A stretch of DNA of 64,000 bases from a bacterium. GTDB taxonomy: Bacteria; SZUA-182; DTGQ01. The notes beneath the pieces were generated by a model. That model had not been told where the DNA came from. It was given only the letters and a program-made list of their open reading frames with translations, and ran no database searches. Made by a program: the position numbers and the translations under genes. Where the stretch lies: contig JBFLZW010000002.1 in the NCBI GenBank assembly GCA_040755755.1, positions 66,397-130,396 on the forward strand. The letters are read 5' to 3'. Below, one piece after another: positions 27,523 through 37,295 of the stretch. Numbering within the stretch: position 1 is the first letter of the stretch; each line of letters opens with the position of its first letter.

Positions 27523-29694
27523 ATGATTAAATCTTTACAGGTGGAGTTGGCACAAAGAACTTTCACTATTTCAACAGGATTAATGGCCAAGCAGGCTAAC
27601 GGGGCCGTTACCGTCCAATATGGAGAGACGGTGGTGCTTGTTACTGCGGTCTGCGAAGCCAAGCCGCGCGAGGGAACGGACTTTTTCCCCCTGACGGTTA
27701 ATTACCTGGAAAAATCCTATGCAGCAGGAAGAATTCCAGGCGGGTTTTACAAGCGGGAGGGCAGGCCCTCGGAAAAGGAAGTTTTAACTTCCCGCCTGAT
27801 CGATAGACCTCTGCGGCCATTATTTCCGGACGGATTCCGGAATGAAGTACAGATTATTGCCATGGTCTTATCAGCGGACCTTGAAAACGATCCGGATATT
27901 CTATCAATCATCGGGGCCTCAGCGGCTCTGGTGGTTTCGGATATTCCTTTCACGCAGCCGGTAGCGGCTGTGCGGATTGGCCTGATCAATAATGAGCTTG
28001 TTCTGAATCCCAGTAACAAAGATCTTGAGAACAGCCGGTTGAACGTTGTGGTTGCGGGAACACGGGATGCAGTGGTAATGGTGGAAGGGCAGGCGAGCGA
28101 GATTTCGGAAGAAACCATGAAAGAGGCGATCTCCTTTGCTCATCGATCTATGCTTCCGCTGCTTGATCTGCAGGATGAATTGCAGCGGCAGGTGCAAAAA
28201 CAAAAGATAGAAGTTCCCCAGAAAACTATTGATGAGGAGCTGGTAAACCAGCTGCGGGGAGCTTTTCAAGAGAAATTAAAAAAGGCTATTCTTATCCCAG
28301 GAAAAATGGATCGGCAAAAAGGGATAAACGAGGTCATCGATGAAGCTGTCGCTGCTTTTGGCCAGGAGGATGATCTTCGGGAGAAAGAAATCAAGGCTAT
28401 CCTCGAATCTTTGGAAAAAGAAGAGCTTCGTCGGTTAATCATCGAGGAAGGGATCAGGGCTGATGGCCGTACCCTGACCCAGATACGTCCGATCGATTGC
28501 CAGGTTTCCGTGCTTCCCCGTACTCACGGATCAGCTCTGTTCACCCGCGGTGAGACCCAGTCCCTGGCGATTGTCACGCTGGGAACCACTGAAGACGAAC
28601 AGCGCATGGATGAGCTGGAGGGAGAGACTTCCAAAGCCTTTATGCTGCACTATAATTTCCCTCCATTCAGTGTCGGAGAGGTCGGCATGCTGCGCTCTCC
28701 GGGCCGCAGAGAAATCGGTCACGGCCTCCTGGCGGAGCGGTCGCTGAAGGCCATTCTGCCAAAACCGGAGGATTTCCCCTATACCATCCGCATTGTTTCC
28801 GATATTCTGGAATCGAACGGCTCTTCTTCCATGGCCTCGGTCTGCGGAGGAACACTCGCCCTGATGGATGCCGGGGTGCCGATCAAATCCCCGGTGGCTG
28901 GCATTGCCATGGGACTGGTCAAAGAAGGAGACAGGGTGGCCATCCTGAGTGATATCATCGGCATGGAAGACCACAACGGAGACATGGATTTCAAGGTGGC
29001 CGGAACCAGAGAGGGAATAACCGCCTTCCAGATGGATGTAAAAATCAAGGGAATCAGTGAAGAGATCATGGAAAAAGCCCTGGCCCAGGCCAGAGCGGGG
29101 CGGCTGTATATCCTCGACCGGATGATCGAAGCCATTTCAAGCCCCCGGGAGAATATCTCAACCTATGCTCCCCGGATATTCTCGATCCAGGTCAAGAGTG
29201 ACAAGGTCGGCACGGTAATCGGTCCGGGTGGGAAGATGATCCGCAGCATTATCGATCAAACCGGCGTCAAGATTGACATCGAAGATGACGGCAAGATTAT
29301 CATCGCTTCCAGTGACGAGGCCTCGGCTAAAAAAGCCATTCAGCTTATCCAGAACCTGGTGGAGGAGCCGGAAGTAGGCAAGATCTATCAGGGGAAGGTC
29401 AAGCGGATTGTCGATTTCGGTGCCTTTGTGGAAATTATTCCGGGCACGGACGGCCTCCTGCATATCTCCCAGATTTCACAGCAGCGGCTGCGAAGAGTCG
29501 AAGATGCACTGAAAGAGGGAGATGAAATCGAGGTTAAAGTCATCGAGATCGACAAGCAGGGCAAAGTCAAGTTGAGCCATAAGGCCCTGCTGGAGAAATC
29601 GGAAGAGCACCGGGAGCACGGAGGGTACAGAGAACACCGGGAGCATAGAGAGCACCGGGAGAGAGAAGATCGGACCTACGGGAACCGGCGATGA
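27523..29694 (+). CDS. pnp: Polynucleotide phosphorylase
   Basis: Two RNase PH domains, KH and S1 domains. RBS aaaggtggagg. C-terminal EHREHGGYREHREHREHRERE tail from a short tandem DNA repeat. Confidence 0.95.
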   Translation: MIKSLQVELAQRTFTISTGLMAKQANGAVTVQYGETVVLVTAVCEAKPREGTDFFPLTVNYLEKSYAAGRIPGGFYKREGRPSEKEVLTSRLIDRPLRPLFPDGFRNEVQIIAMVLSADLENDPDILSIIGASAALVVSDIPFTQPVAAVRIGLINNELVLNPSNKDLENSRLNVVVAGTRDAVVMVEGQASEISEETMKEAISFAHRSMLPLLDLQDELQRQVQKQKIEVPQKTIDEELVNQLRGAFQEKLKKAILIPGKMDRQKGINEVIDEAVAAFGQEDDLREKEIKAILESLEKEELRRLIIEEGIRADGRTLTQIRPIDCQVSVLPRTHGSALFTRGETQSLAIVTLGTTEDEQRMDELEGETSKAFMLHYNFPPFSVGEVGMLRSPGRREIGHGLLAERSLKAILPKPEDFPYTIRIVSDILESNGSSSMASVCGGTLALMDAGVPIKSPVAGIAMGLVKEGDRVAILSDIIGMEDHNGDMDFKVAGTREGITAFQMDVKIKGISEEIMEKALAQARAGRLYILDRMIEAISSPRENISTYAPRIFSIQVKSDKVGTVIGPGGKMIRSIIDQTGVKIDIEDDGKIIIASSDEASAKKAIQLIQNLVEEPEVGKIYQGKVKRIVDFGAFVEIIPGTDGLLHISQISQQRLRRVEDALKEGDEIEVKVIEIDKQGKVKLSHKALLEKSEEHREHGGYREHREHREHREREDRTYGNRR

Positions 29695-30965
29695 CAGGTG
29701 AACCGGTCCGTAAGGTTGTCTTTGAAAACGGCCTGAGGCTGATTACCGAGCACATGCCGTCAGTGCGGTCTATTTCGGTTGGTTTCTGGATTCTGGGCGG
29801 ATCACAGATAGAGGAAGCTGCAGAAAGCGGAATTACTCACTTTATCGAGCATATGCTCTTTAAAGGGACGCCAACCAGGACCGCCTACGATATTGCCAGG
29901 GAAATGGACTCACTGGGCGGGCAGATGGATGCCTTTACCAGCCGGGAGTATACCTGCCTGTTGGCTACGGTATTGGACGAGCACCTGCCCACGGTTATCG
30001 ATATCCTGACCGATCAACTGAAAAACTCGGTATTCGACGAACAGGAGATGAACCGGGAACGGGATGTGATCCTGGAGGAGATTAAAACAATCGAAGACAG
30101 CCCCGATGAGCTGGTCCATGACATCTGCATCCAGAGCCTGTGGCCGGACCAGCCGATTGGCCGGTCCATTATCGGACGTCAGGAAAACGTCGAGGGATTT
30201 ACCCGGCAAAACCTCCTTGATTATTTCGAGCACAATTTCCTGCCGGAGAACATTATTATTACCGCCGCAGGAAACGTCGATCATGATGCTCTCATGAGGT
30301 TGATTCAGAAAGAAAATCTGCCTTCCCCGATCTCCGCCGGGGAAGAGGCGGAGACATCGGGCCGCCCGATGGTCAAACATCAAATCACCTGCATCCGGAA
30401 AAAACTGGAACAGGCCCATGTATGCCTGGCCATTGACGGCATCCCGCAAAACCATGACCTGCGCTTTGCAGGCTATCTCATGAATTCCATCCTGGGTGGG
30501 GGCATGAGCTCCCGCCTGTTTCAGAAAATCCGGGAGCAGCGGGGGCTGGCTTATTCCGTTTACTCCTCCTGTCACTCCTTCCGGAATGCCGGCCTGTTTT
30601 CCATTTATGCCGGAACCCGACCCCAATCCCTGCACGATACCGTGCAGCTCATCCTCGATGAGCTTGTCCTTCTCAAGGAACAGACGGTGACTGAAGAGGA
30701 ACTGCAACGCGCCAAAAACCAGCTCAAAGGCAGCCTCATGCTGGGGCTTGAGAGTACAGCCAACCGGATGAGCAAACTGGCACGGCAGGAGATATACTTT
30801 AACCGGAACTTCTCCCTCGACGAGATCCTGGCAAAAATCGATGGAGTAACCCAAGAAGATATACTTACGCTGGCCAGCCTGCTCTTTTGCAGCCAAAACC
30901 TGAGCATGGCTGTGCTGGGAGATGTGACAGAACCGGCATGGCCCCTTGAGGCACTGCGATGTTAG
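29691..30965 (+). CDS. M16-family zinc peptidase (insulinase-like)
   Basis: HFIEH (HxxEH) zinc motif. ATGA overlap with pnp. Confidence 0.85.
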   Translation: MTGEPVRKVVFENGLRLITEHMPSVRSISVGFWILGGSQIEEAAESGITHFIEHMLFKGTPTRTAYDIAREMDSLGGQMDAFTSREYTCLLATVLDEHLPTVIDILTDQLKNSVFDEQEMNRERDVILEEIKTIEDSPDELVHDICIQSLWPDQPIGRSIIGRQENVEGFTRQNLLDYFEHNFLPENIIITAAGNVDHDALMRLIQKENLPSPISAGEEAETSGRPMVKHQITCIRKKLEQAHVCLAIDGIPQNHDLRFAGYLMNSILGGGMSSRLFQKIREQRGLAYSVYSSCHSFRNAGLFSIYAGTRPQSLHDTVQLILDELVLLKEQTVTEEELQRAKNQLKGSLMLGLESTANRMSKLARQEIYFNRNFSLDEILAKIDGVTQEDILTLASLLFCSQNLSMAVLGDVTEPAWPLEALRC

Positions 30966-30969
30966 GATA

Positions 30970-31032
30970 AACACAAAGCAAATACAAATACAAATACAAA
31001 GGACACCACAGAGACACAGAGACACAGAGAAA
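30970..31032. repeat. Family B heptamer repeat (reverse orientation)
   Basis: aaatacaaatacaaatacaaaggacaccacagagacacagagacacagagaaaag. Confidence 0.6.
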
Positions 31033-31134
31033 AGCGGATGAGAACAGGTCATTCTGGGACGGCTCCAATTACCAATGACACCACAGAGTAATTAAATGTA
31101 GATTTATCATGCTGTGTGTTAAACGACAAACCAT

Positions 31135-31584
31135 ATGGAAAAGATAGAAATCAAGATAAAAAAAATGGCAGGCTGTGAGGATATTCCCCTTCCCGCCTAC
31201 ATGAGTGAATTGGCTGCCGGGATGGACGTTTTTGCCGCTGTCGAGGACGCGGTAAAAGTTATGCCGGGAGATTGGATGGCTGTTCCGACCGGGTTTTCCA
31301 TCGCCATACCTGCGGGGTATGAGGCCCAGATCCGACCACGCAGCGGCCTGGCCCTTCGCCACGGCATCGGCCTGATGAACAGTCCGGGGACTATCGATGC
31401 GGATTTTCGGGGTGAAGTTAAAATCATTGTCGTCAACCACGGCAAAGAGCCGTTTGTCATCAAGAGGGGAGACCGTATTGCCCAGATGGTTATCCATCGG
31501 GTCTATGCAGGCTGTTTCGAGGTGGTTGAAGACCTGCCGGAAACGAAAAGATCGGATGGAGGATTCGGCCATACCGGAGTGTGA
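31135..31584 (+). CDS. dut: dUTP diphosphatase
   Basis: dUTPase motifs AAGMDV, RSGLA, IDADFRGEVKIIVVNHG, GDRIAQMV. Confidence 0.9.
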   Translation: MEKIEIKIKKMAGCEDIPLPAYMSELAAGMDVFAAVEDAVKVMPGDWMAVPTGFSIAIPAGYEAQIRPRSGLALRHGIGLMNSPGTIDADFRGEVKIIVVNHGKEPFVIKRGDRIAQMVIHRVYAGCFEVVEDLPETKRSDGGFGHTGV

Positions 31585-31731
31585 CGGGTAATGCCACCGA
31601 CTTAAGTACATGCCGCGGGAATTAACCAACCAGGTGGCCTAGCCGCCTCTCAATTGTATTCTTTCATCTTTGTTCGTGCATCTTACACCCCTATACCGTG
31701 AGGAGGGCGAGAGATCAGTTTTCGGGTCTGT

Positions 31732-32499
31732 GTGCTAGGAAGCGGCAGTGCCGGTAATTCGATCCTGGTATGCTCGGAGAAAACCAAAATTCTGGTGGAC
31801 GCGGGCTTGAGTACCGGCGAGATTGTCAATCGGCTGGCAATGGTAGCCACCCGGCCCGATGAGCTGTGCGCGATCCTGATTTCCCATGAGCACATCGATC
31901 ATATCTGCTCAGCCGGAGTTCTGGCCCGAAGATACCGAATTCCTCTGTATCTGAATACTGCAACCTTCGAGGCAGCAAGTGTTAAGCTCGGCAAGTTGCC
32001 TCATTGGGAAATTTTTGACGCCAACCGCAGGTTTGAGCTTCAGGACCTCCTCATCGAGCCCTTCTCTGTGCCGCACGATGCTGCGGACCCGGTAAGCTTT
32101 TGCCTGCACCTGAAAAACCGCAAATTAGGGATCGCCACCGACCTTGGCAGGCCCACGACCCTGGTGCGGCAGATGCTCACGGCATGCCACGCACTGATCC
32201 TGGAATCAAACCACGATCCCGAAATGCTCCTCAGCGGCCCATACCCCTGGTGGCTCAAGCAGAGAATCCGGGGGGGATTCGGGCACCTGTCCAACGAGGG
32301 CTCACAATCCCTGCTGCGGGAAATTCTTCACCAGGAACTGAAAAATGTCATCCTCGCCCACCTGAGTGAAAAAAATAACCATGTCGCCCTGGCTCATCAG
32401 ACAGCCATGCAGGCTTTACAGGAGCGAAGCGACCTGAGCCTGAAAGTGACCCTGAGCATCGCCAGCCAGCATCGGGTCGGGGCGGTGATTGAGGTGTAG
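31732..32499 (+). CDS. MBL-fold metallo-hydrolase
   Basis: GSGSAGNS N-terminus and HEHIDH (HxHxDH) motif. GTG start is uncertain. Confidence 0.75.
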   Translation: MLGSGSAGNSILVCSEKTKILVDAGLSTGEIVNRLAMVATRPDELCAILISHEHIDHICSAGVLARRYRIPLYLNTATFEAASVKLGKLPHWEIFDANRRFELQDLLIEPFSVPHDAADPVSFCLHLKNRKLGIATDLGRPTTLVRQMLTACHALILESNHDPEMLLSGPYPWWLKQRIRGGFGHLSNEGSQSLLREILHQELKNVILAHLSEKNNHVALAHQTAMQALQERSDLSLKVTLSIASQHRVGAVIEV

Positions 32500-32562
32500 G
32501 GGGGAGGGAGACGATATAAGGAATTCGCTTTTATGGGAAAGATGACACGGCAGTGTTGTATT

Positions 32563-32638
32563 TCTCCCGCAGAGACGCTGAGACGCAGAGGATATCATTT
32601 TTGGTCATTCTCTGCGCCTCTGCGCGTCACTGCGAGAG
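32563..32638. repeat. 76-bp palindromic element, family C copy
   Basis: ctcccgcagagacgctgagacgcagaggatatcatttttggtcattctctgcgcctctgcgcgtcactgcgagag. Confidence 0.7.
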
Positions 32639-32798
32639 ATCATTCTTCTATCCTTAAATACGTGCTATCATAGCGTTTGTTAAGGATGTGCCTAAACCAA
32701 AGAAGCAATAAATCTCCAATTTTCAATATATTGGACCAGCTTTCCACTTCCATGATATCTATTACTATTTAACTATTAGAGAATATTGGTTACAGGCA

Positions 32799-33560
32799 GT
32801 GAGTTACCAAGTAATTGAAATCACAAATGAATATAATACCATTGAACAGCTTGGAACAAAGGCAAAATTCTGGTTTTATGATAAAAGCGATAACACCACA
32901 AAATCATTTAAAATTGGCAGACCTGGCACTGGAGAAAATTGGGCGGAAAAAGTTGCGTGTGAGTTAGCAAAGCTCCTGAATTTACCGTGTGCCGAGTATG
33001 AATTTGCAATCTGGAAAGGAAAAGAAGGTGTAATATCGCCATGCTTTGTTCCTCCAGATGGCAGACTTGTTCATGGGAATGAAATACTGGCGAAACTCAT
33101 TGAAAGTTATCCTAAAAAGGAACTTTATAAGGTTCATGAATACCAGCTTTCAACAGTTTTGGAGGTTATAAGTAGGGAAATACCTAATTTGCCATTAGGT
33201 TATGAAAGAGGTACAATAATTCAGAAGCCATTGGAACTTTTCGTAGGCTATTTAATGTTTGATTGTTGGATTTCCAACCCTGATCGTCACCATGAAAACT
33301 GGGGATCGGTACTTGATAATACAAGTAAAAAAATGCACCTTGCACCGACATACGATCATGCATCAGGATTGGGATGCAGAGTATCTGATACCGAAAGAAC
33401 AAAAAGACTAACTACCAAAGATACAAGGTATAATATAGAAGCGTTTGTTAGAAAAGCAAAATCTGCTTTTTACGATAAAAACTCGATACAGTTAGATACA
33501 ATCGAAGCATTTACTTATGCTGCCAAGCAAAATAGAAGGGCAGCGAACTTCATGCATTAA
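32799..33560 (+). CDS. HipA C-terminal-like Ser/Thr kinase domain protein (HipT-like, 253 aa)
   Basis: WISNPDRHHENWG matches the HipA catalytic motif (IGNTDAHAKNFS). AEKVACELAKLLNLPCAEYEF matches the HipA helix region. The segment is AT-rich. Confidence 0.55.
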   Translation: MSYQVIEITNEYNTIEQLGTKAKFWFYDKSDNTTKSFKIGRPGTGENWAEKVACELAKLLNLPCAEYEFAIWKGKEGVISPCFVPPDGRLVHGNEILAKLIESYPKKELYKVHEYQLSTVLEVISREIPNLPLGYERGTIIQKPLELFVGYLMFDCWISNPDRHHENWGSVLDNTSKKMHLAPTYDHASGLGCRVSDTERTKRLTTKDTRYNIEAFVRKAKSAFYDKNSIQLDTIEAFTYAAKQNRRAANFMH

Positions 33561-33645
33561 TTAGTGAGCCAGCAATCAATTTTGCATTGGAAATCTTGGC
33601 AGCAAACAAAAAGCGCTTATTAGACTCAAAAACAAGGTCATAAAA

Positions 33646-34434
33646 ATGGACATGACTACCGTACTTATCTTAGCCTGGCAAAACCCGCATAATCGTGGAT
33701 GGGTGCCTGTCGGAAGATTGCAGTATAAGGGTACTCGATACATCTTCCAATATACCATTGGCGCAAAACAAGCAAAAGACTTCGTGCCATTTAACCTGAT
33801 GACTGATTTAGCCAGTTCATACGAGTCAGAAGAGTTGTTTCCGATTTTTCAGAATAGGCTGCTCTCGAAATCGAGGCCGGAATATAATGACTACCTAAAT
33901 TGGCTCAGCCTGGAAAAAGATACAATTTCCCCTTTCGAAGAGCTCGCCAGGACAGGAGGAATCAGAGCCACTGATTCCCTCCAATTGTTTCCGATTCCCG
34001 AAGAGAGAAATGGAAAGTATGAAGTCATATTTTTCGCTCATGGGATCAGTCACTTGGCACCTGGCTATATTGAAAAGGTTAATCAGCTCAGTCAGGGAAC
34101 GAAGCTCTATGTAATGAGAGATATTCAAAACGAATTTGCCCCTTATGCACTTACCTTGAGAACCGGTGACACCCGGGAAATCGCAGGTTACTGTCCAAGA
34201 TTTTTTACCCGGGATTTCGGGAGGCTGATTGATATTAACGGCGCAGAAAATGTGGAAGTTACCGTTGTTAAGGTTAATGTAAACTCACCATTACAATTTA
34301 AGCTGCTCTGTAAGTTGAGCACATCCTGGCCAAGTAAATTTGTCCCTTTTGCGGATGAAATCTTTCAGCCCATCATAGACAGAGAAGACATACAAAAACC
34401 GGCAAAGGCCAAAGGCATCGACATCAAACCATGA
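33646..34434 (+). CDS. HipA N-terminal-domain-like protein (HipS-like N-region plus a ~150-aa extension)
   Basis: LILAWQNPHNRGWVPVGRLQY...FQY and LFPIFQNRLLSKSRPEY resemble HipA N-terminus (VTWMNNQRVGEL...FKY and VFNFFDNLLPDSPIVRDRI). ATGA overlap with the next gene. Confidence 0.4.
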   Translation: MDMTTVLILAWQNPHNRGWVPVGRLQYKGTRYIFQYTIGAKQAKDFVPFNLMTDLASSYESEELFPIFQNRLLSKSRPEYNDYLNWLSLEKDTISPFEELARTGGIRATDSLQLFPIPEERNGKYEVIFFAHGISHLAPGYIEKVNQLSQGTKLYVMRDIQNEFAPYALTLRTGDTREIAGYCPRFFTRDFGRLIDINGAENVEVTVVKVNVNSPLQFKLLCKLSTSWPSKFVPFADEIFQPIIDREDIQKPAKAKGIDIKP

Positions 34435-36974
34435 TCTCAGAAAAACCTCTACCTCAGACAGATCTATTCCAGTCCCTGCCGGAAGAGGCACGGAATCAAC
34501 TGAAGAGCTTCTTTACCCTCAAAAAATTTCAGGCGGGTGATGTGATCATCCGTCAGGGGAGCAGGGAGACTCAGTATTTCTATATCGTTGCATCTGGACT
34601 GGTGGAGCTTTTCGTTGATGAGGAGGATGGCTCCCGGATTCATCTGGCCTCCATAGGCCCTGGTGATTACTTTGGCGAGCGGGCACTGCTGGTGGAGGAG
34701 GACAGCTCCTGCAACGTCGTTGCCCGTGAGGATACGGAGGTCTATGTCCTCACCAGGGAGCATTTTTATCAGTTTCTGACCGCCCATCCTGAATTGAGCC
34801 GTCACTTCGTCTGGACCTTTACCCAGCGCCTTCACAGAACCAACCTGCTCCTTGAGGAAAAGGAATACAAGGAGGCCATGATCGACCTCCTTTCCGAAGA
34901 GTACAAACCGTACACCGAAGCCATTTTTATTGCCAGAAGCCGCGCCATGCGGCCGGTGCTTGAAGGTATCAGGCGGGCGGCCAGTAATTCTTCGCCTGTC
35001 CTGATCGAGGGTGAATACGGGTCCGGCAAGCAACTTTTGGCCCGCCAGATTCATGCCAAAACGGCGCGATGGAGGAAAGCCTTTATCCTGGTGGACTGCG
35101 GTGCACTGATGGAGGAGGAAAACCGGGAAGAAAGTCTCTTTGGCCGGGAGCATGGCCAGCCGTTTCACCTTTCGGAGCATGCCTTTGGGTATCTTGAGCT
35201 GGCTGAGGGCGGAACCCTGTTCCTGAAAAATATCGATCAGCTTTCTCTTGAGGTCCAGCAGCGGATCCGGGAAGTAGTTGAAACCGGGTCTTACACCCGG
35301 CTTGGGTCAACGCAGGTCCGGAAGGCTGACTTTCGGCTCATAGCCAGCACCCGCGCGAACTTACGTGAAAAGGCCGCAGCGGGGGAATTTGATTCCAGGC
35401 TCTACGGGCTTTTGAGCGCCAATCATATCCAGTTGCCCCCCTTGCGAGAGCGCAAGAACGCTATCCCCAAGCTGGTCGATTACTTTATCAAAAAATATGC
35501 CAGACTGGTCAATAAAAACGTTACCGGCGCTACGCCGGAAGCCATGCAGGCACTCCTGAAGCATGATTATAAGCTTGGCAATATCAAGGAGCTCGAACAG
35601 ATCATCGAGCGTGCCGTTGCGCTGCCGAGCGATGATAAAATCTGGCCGCGACATCTTTTCCTTGGGGCTCCGGCTGTCAGGCCGGATAGCTGGTATTTTA
35701 ACCTTTTGAAAATCAAGCCCTTTGGCCGATGGGTGATGAATAAGATCTATCCGGACAAGCTTCAGTATGCAACTGCAACCTTCTTTATGCTCCTGATTCT
35801 TCTCTGCTTTCTGGGACCGGCGAGCGCAGCACGCAACCCTGCCGCTTTTCTGGTCTGGCGGGTCTGGTGGCCGATGATGTTCCTGTCATTTTTCTGGGTT
35901 GGCCGCACCTGGTGCTCTATCTGCGCCTATGCGGCTTTTGGCCGCAAGTTTCAAAAGCTCAAGCAGTATCAGCTTCCTGTTCCCGCATTTATCCGGGACC
36001 ATGATGCCCTTCTGGTAACCCTGGCCTTTCTGACCATTCTCTGGGCTGAAGAGATCACCCACATGCGCTCCTCACCCAGGGCCACGGGTTGGCTGATGGT
36101 CACCATGCTGTCTCTGGCTATGGTCAGTGCGGTCATTTTCCGGCGGGAGAGCTGGTGTCGATACTTGTGCCCTATGGGCGGGCTGATCGGGGTCTGCTCC
36201 ATGAGCTCCATTATTGAGCTGCGCTCTGATACCACGCTCTGCGCAAACCAGTGCAAGGGGGCCGAGTGCTATAACGGGACCCCGGAAAACCCCGGCTGTC
36301 CTCTCTTTCAGCACCTGCTCTTTGTTGATAACAATCAGAATTGCAAATTATGTTTGCAGTGCATCAGAAACTGCCCCAACCATTCGGCATCCCTGAACCT
36401 TCGTCTGCCGGGGCGTGAAATATGGCTTTCCAATCAGGTTCGTGACAAAATGTCATTCTTTGTCTGTGCCCTGCTTGGATCCCTTGTGCCGGTCATTTAC
36501 CTTGAAGCCAGGAACATTACTCTGCAGGGGGGAAGGGTGAAAGCGCTCTACACCCTGGCCCATTTCCTGCTCCCGGTTATTGTAGCCGCAATACTGTATA
36601 TTCCCGGCCTGCTCAGTTCTCCCGGAACAAAATCCCTCAATTGGCTTCGCTTCTGGCATACCTCGTATGCCTATGTTCCCCTGGCCCTGGCAGCTCACCT
36701 TGCCCACCAGATGCAGTTTGTTCCCGGCGGAGAATATTTCCAATACCTCATCCGGTCAAGGGCTGGTGGAATAATCCAGGGGCCAATTGTTCAACCGCTC
36801 CAGACAATGGCTCTGATTTCGGGATTGTTATTTTCCTGGTTTTGCCTGTGGCAGATCTACCAGCATCGACGGCAGAAGAAAACCTTCGAGGCGCAATGGT
36901 GTTTCTGGCTGGGGCATGCTTTTTTGATGAGTCTTTATGCAGCTATGGTATTTCATCTGATGGTTTTTCGGTAG
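34431..36974 (+). CDS. Multidomain fusion: cNMP-binding domain, then a sigma54-interaction-type AAA+ domain with degenerate GAFTGA and no HTH, then a NapH/RdxA-like membrane polyferredoxin
   Basis: cNMP pocket GDYFGERALL. Walker A GEYGSGKQLLARQIH. ESLFGREHGQPF sits where ESLFGHEKGAFTGA is expected. More than 8 TM helices carry WCSICAYAAFG, SWCRYLCPMGG and CKLCLQCIRNCP (CxxCxxCxxxCP). Confidence 0.65.
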   Translation: MISEKPLPQTDLFQSLPEEARNQLKSFFTLKKFQAGDVIIRQGSRETQYFYIVASGLVELFVDEEDGSRIHLASIGPGDYFGERALLVEEDSSCNVVAREDTEVYVLTREHFYQFLTAHPELSRHFVWTFTQRLHRTNLLLEEKEYKEAMIDLLSEEYKPYTEAIFIARSRAMRPVLEGIRRAASNSSPVLIEGEYGSGKQLLARQIHAKTARWRKAFILVDCGALMEEENREESLFGREHGQPFHLSEHAFGYLELAEGGTLFLKNIDQLSLEVQQRIREVVETGSYTRLGSTQVRKADFRLIASTRANLREKAAAGEFDSRLYGLLSANHIQLPPLRERKNAIPKLVDYFIKKYARLVNKNVTGATPEAMQALLKHDYKLGNIKELEQIIERAVALPSDDKIWPRHLFLGAPAVRPDSWYFNLLKIKPFGRWVMNKIYPDKLQYATATFFMLLILLCFLGPASAARNPAAFLVWRVWWPMMFLSFFWVGRTWCSICAYAAFGRKFQKLKQYQLPVPAFIRDHDALLVTLAFLTILWAEEITHMRSSPRATGWLMVTMLSLAMVSAVIFRRESWCRYLCPMGGLIGVCSMSSIIELRSDTTLCANQCKGAECYNGTPENPGCPLFQHLLFVDNNQNCKLCLQCIRNCPNHSASLNLRLPGREIWLSNQVRDKMSFFVCALLGSLVPVIYLEARNITLQGGRVKALYTLAHFLLPVIVAAILYIPGLLSSPGTKSLNWLRFWHTSYAYVPLALAAHLAHQMQFVPGGEYFQYLIRSRAGGIIQGPIVQPLQTMALISGLLFSWFCLWQIYQHRRQKKTFEAQWCFWLGHAFLMSLYAAMVFHLMVFR

Positions 36975-37029
36975 ATAAAACTATGCAGGCTTGAGAAGCG
37001 AATCGCTTGCAGGCTTCCAGATTTAAACG

Positions 37030-37295
37030 GAATGTCACTTACATAAGCCAAGCTTATAATTATAGAGAGAACACAAAGCGCACAGGGAAAAACGATCTCC
37101 CGCAGAGACGCAGAGGCGCAGAGAACAACCAATCCGACAAGGCCCTGATGAAAGTCGGGATATGCCGATGTGTCAACGGCCTGGAAGCAAGCAAAAAGTA
37201 AAAAGGCACAAGGAGGAACTTATTTTACTCTTACTTTTCAATGACATCCTCTGCGTCTCAGCGTCTCTGCGGGAGAATTACTAATTCTTATGTAA
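37030..37295 (+). mobile_element. MITE-like element (266 bp) with terminal inverted repeats and a 9-bp target-site duplication
   Basis: TIR gaatgKcacttacataag. TSD atttaaacg at 37021-37029 and 37296-37304. Internal family-C palindrome arms. Near-identical inverted copy at 46140-46415. Confidence 0.75.

Noticed and set aside
29580-29694. EHREHREHRE... C-terminal tail of PNPase as a possible separate feature
   Set aside because: It is in frame and contiguous with pnp, and is most simply a short tandem-repeat-encoded tail rather than a separate gene or element.
37007-37201. 64-aa ORF (MQASRFKRNVTYISQAYNY...), with a 65-aa counterpart at 46243-46440
   Set aside because: Both lie inside the two MITE copies. 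They are conserved only because the DNA copies are near-identical, and they have no RBS or family match, so they are unlikely to be real genes.
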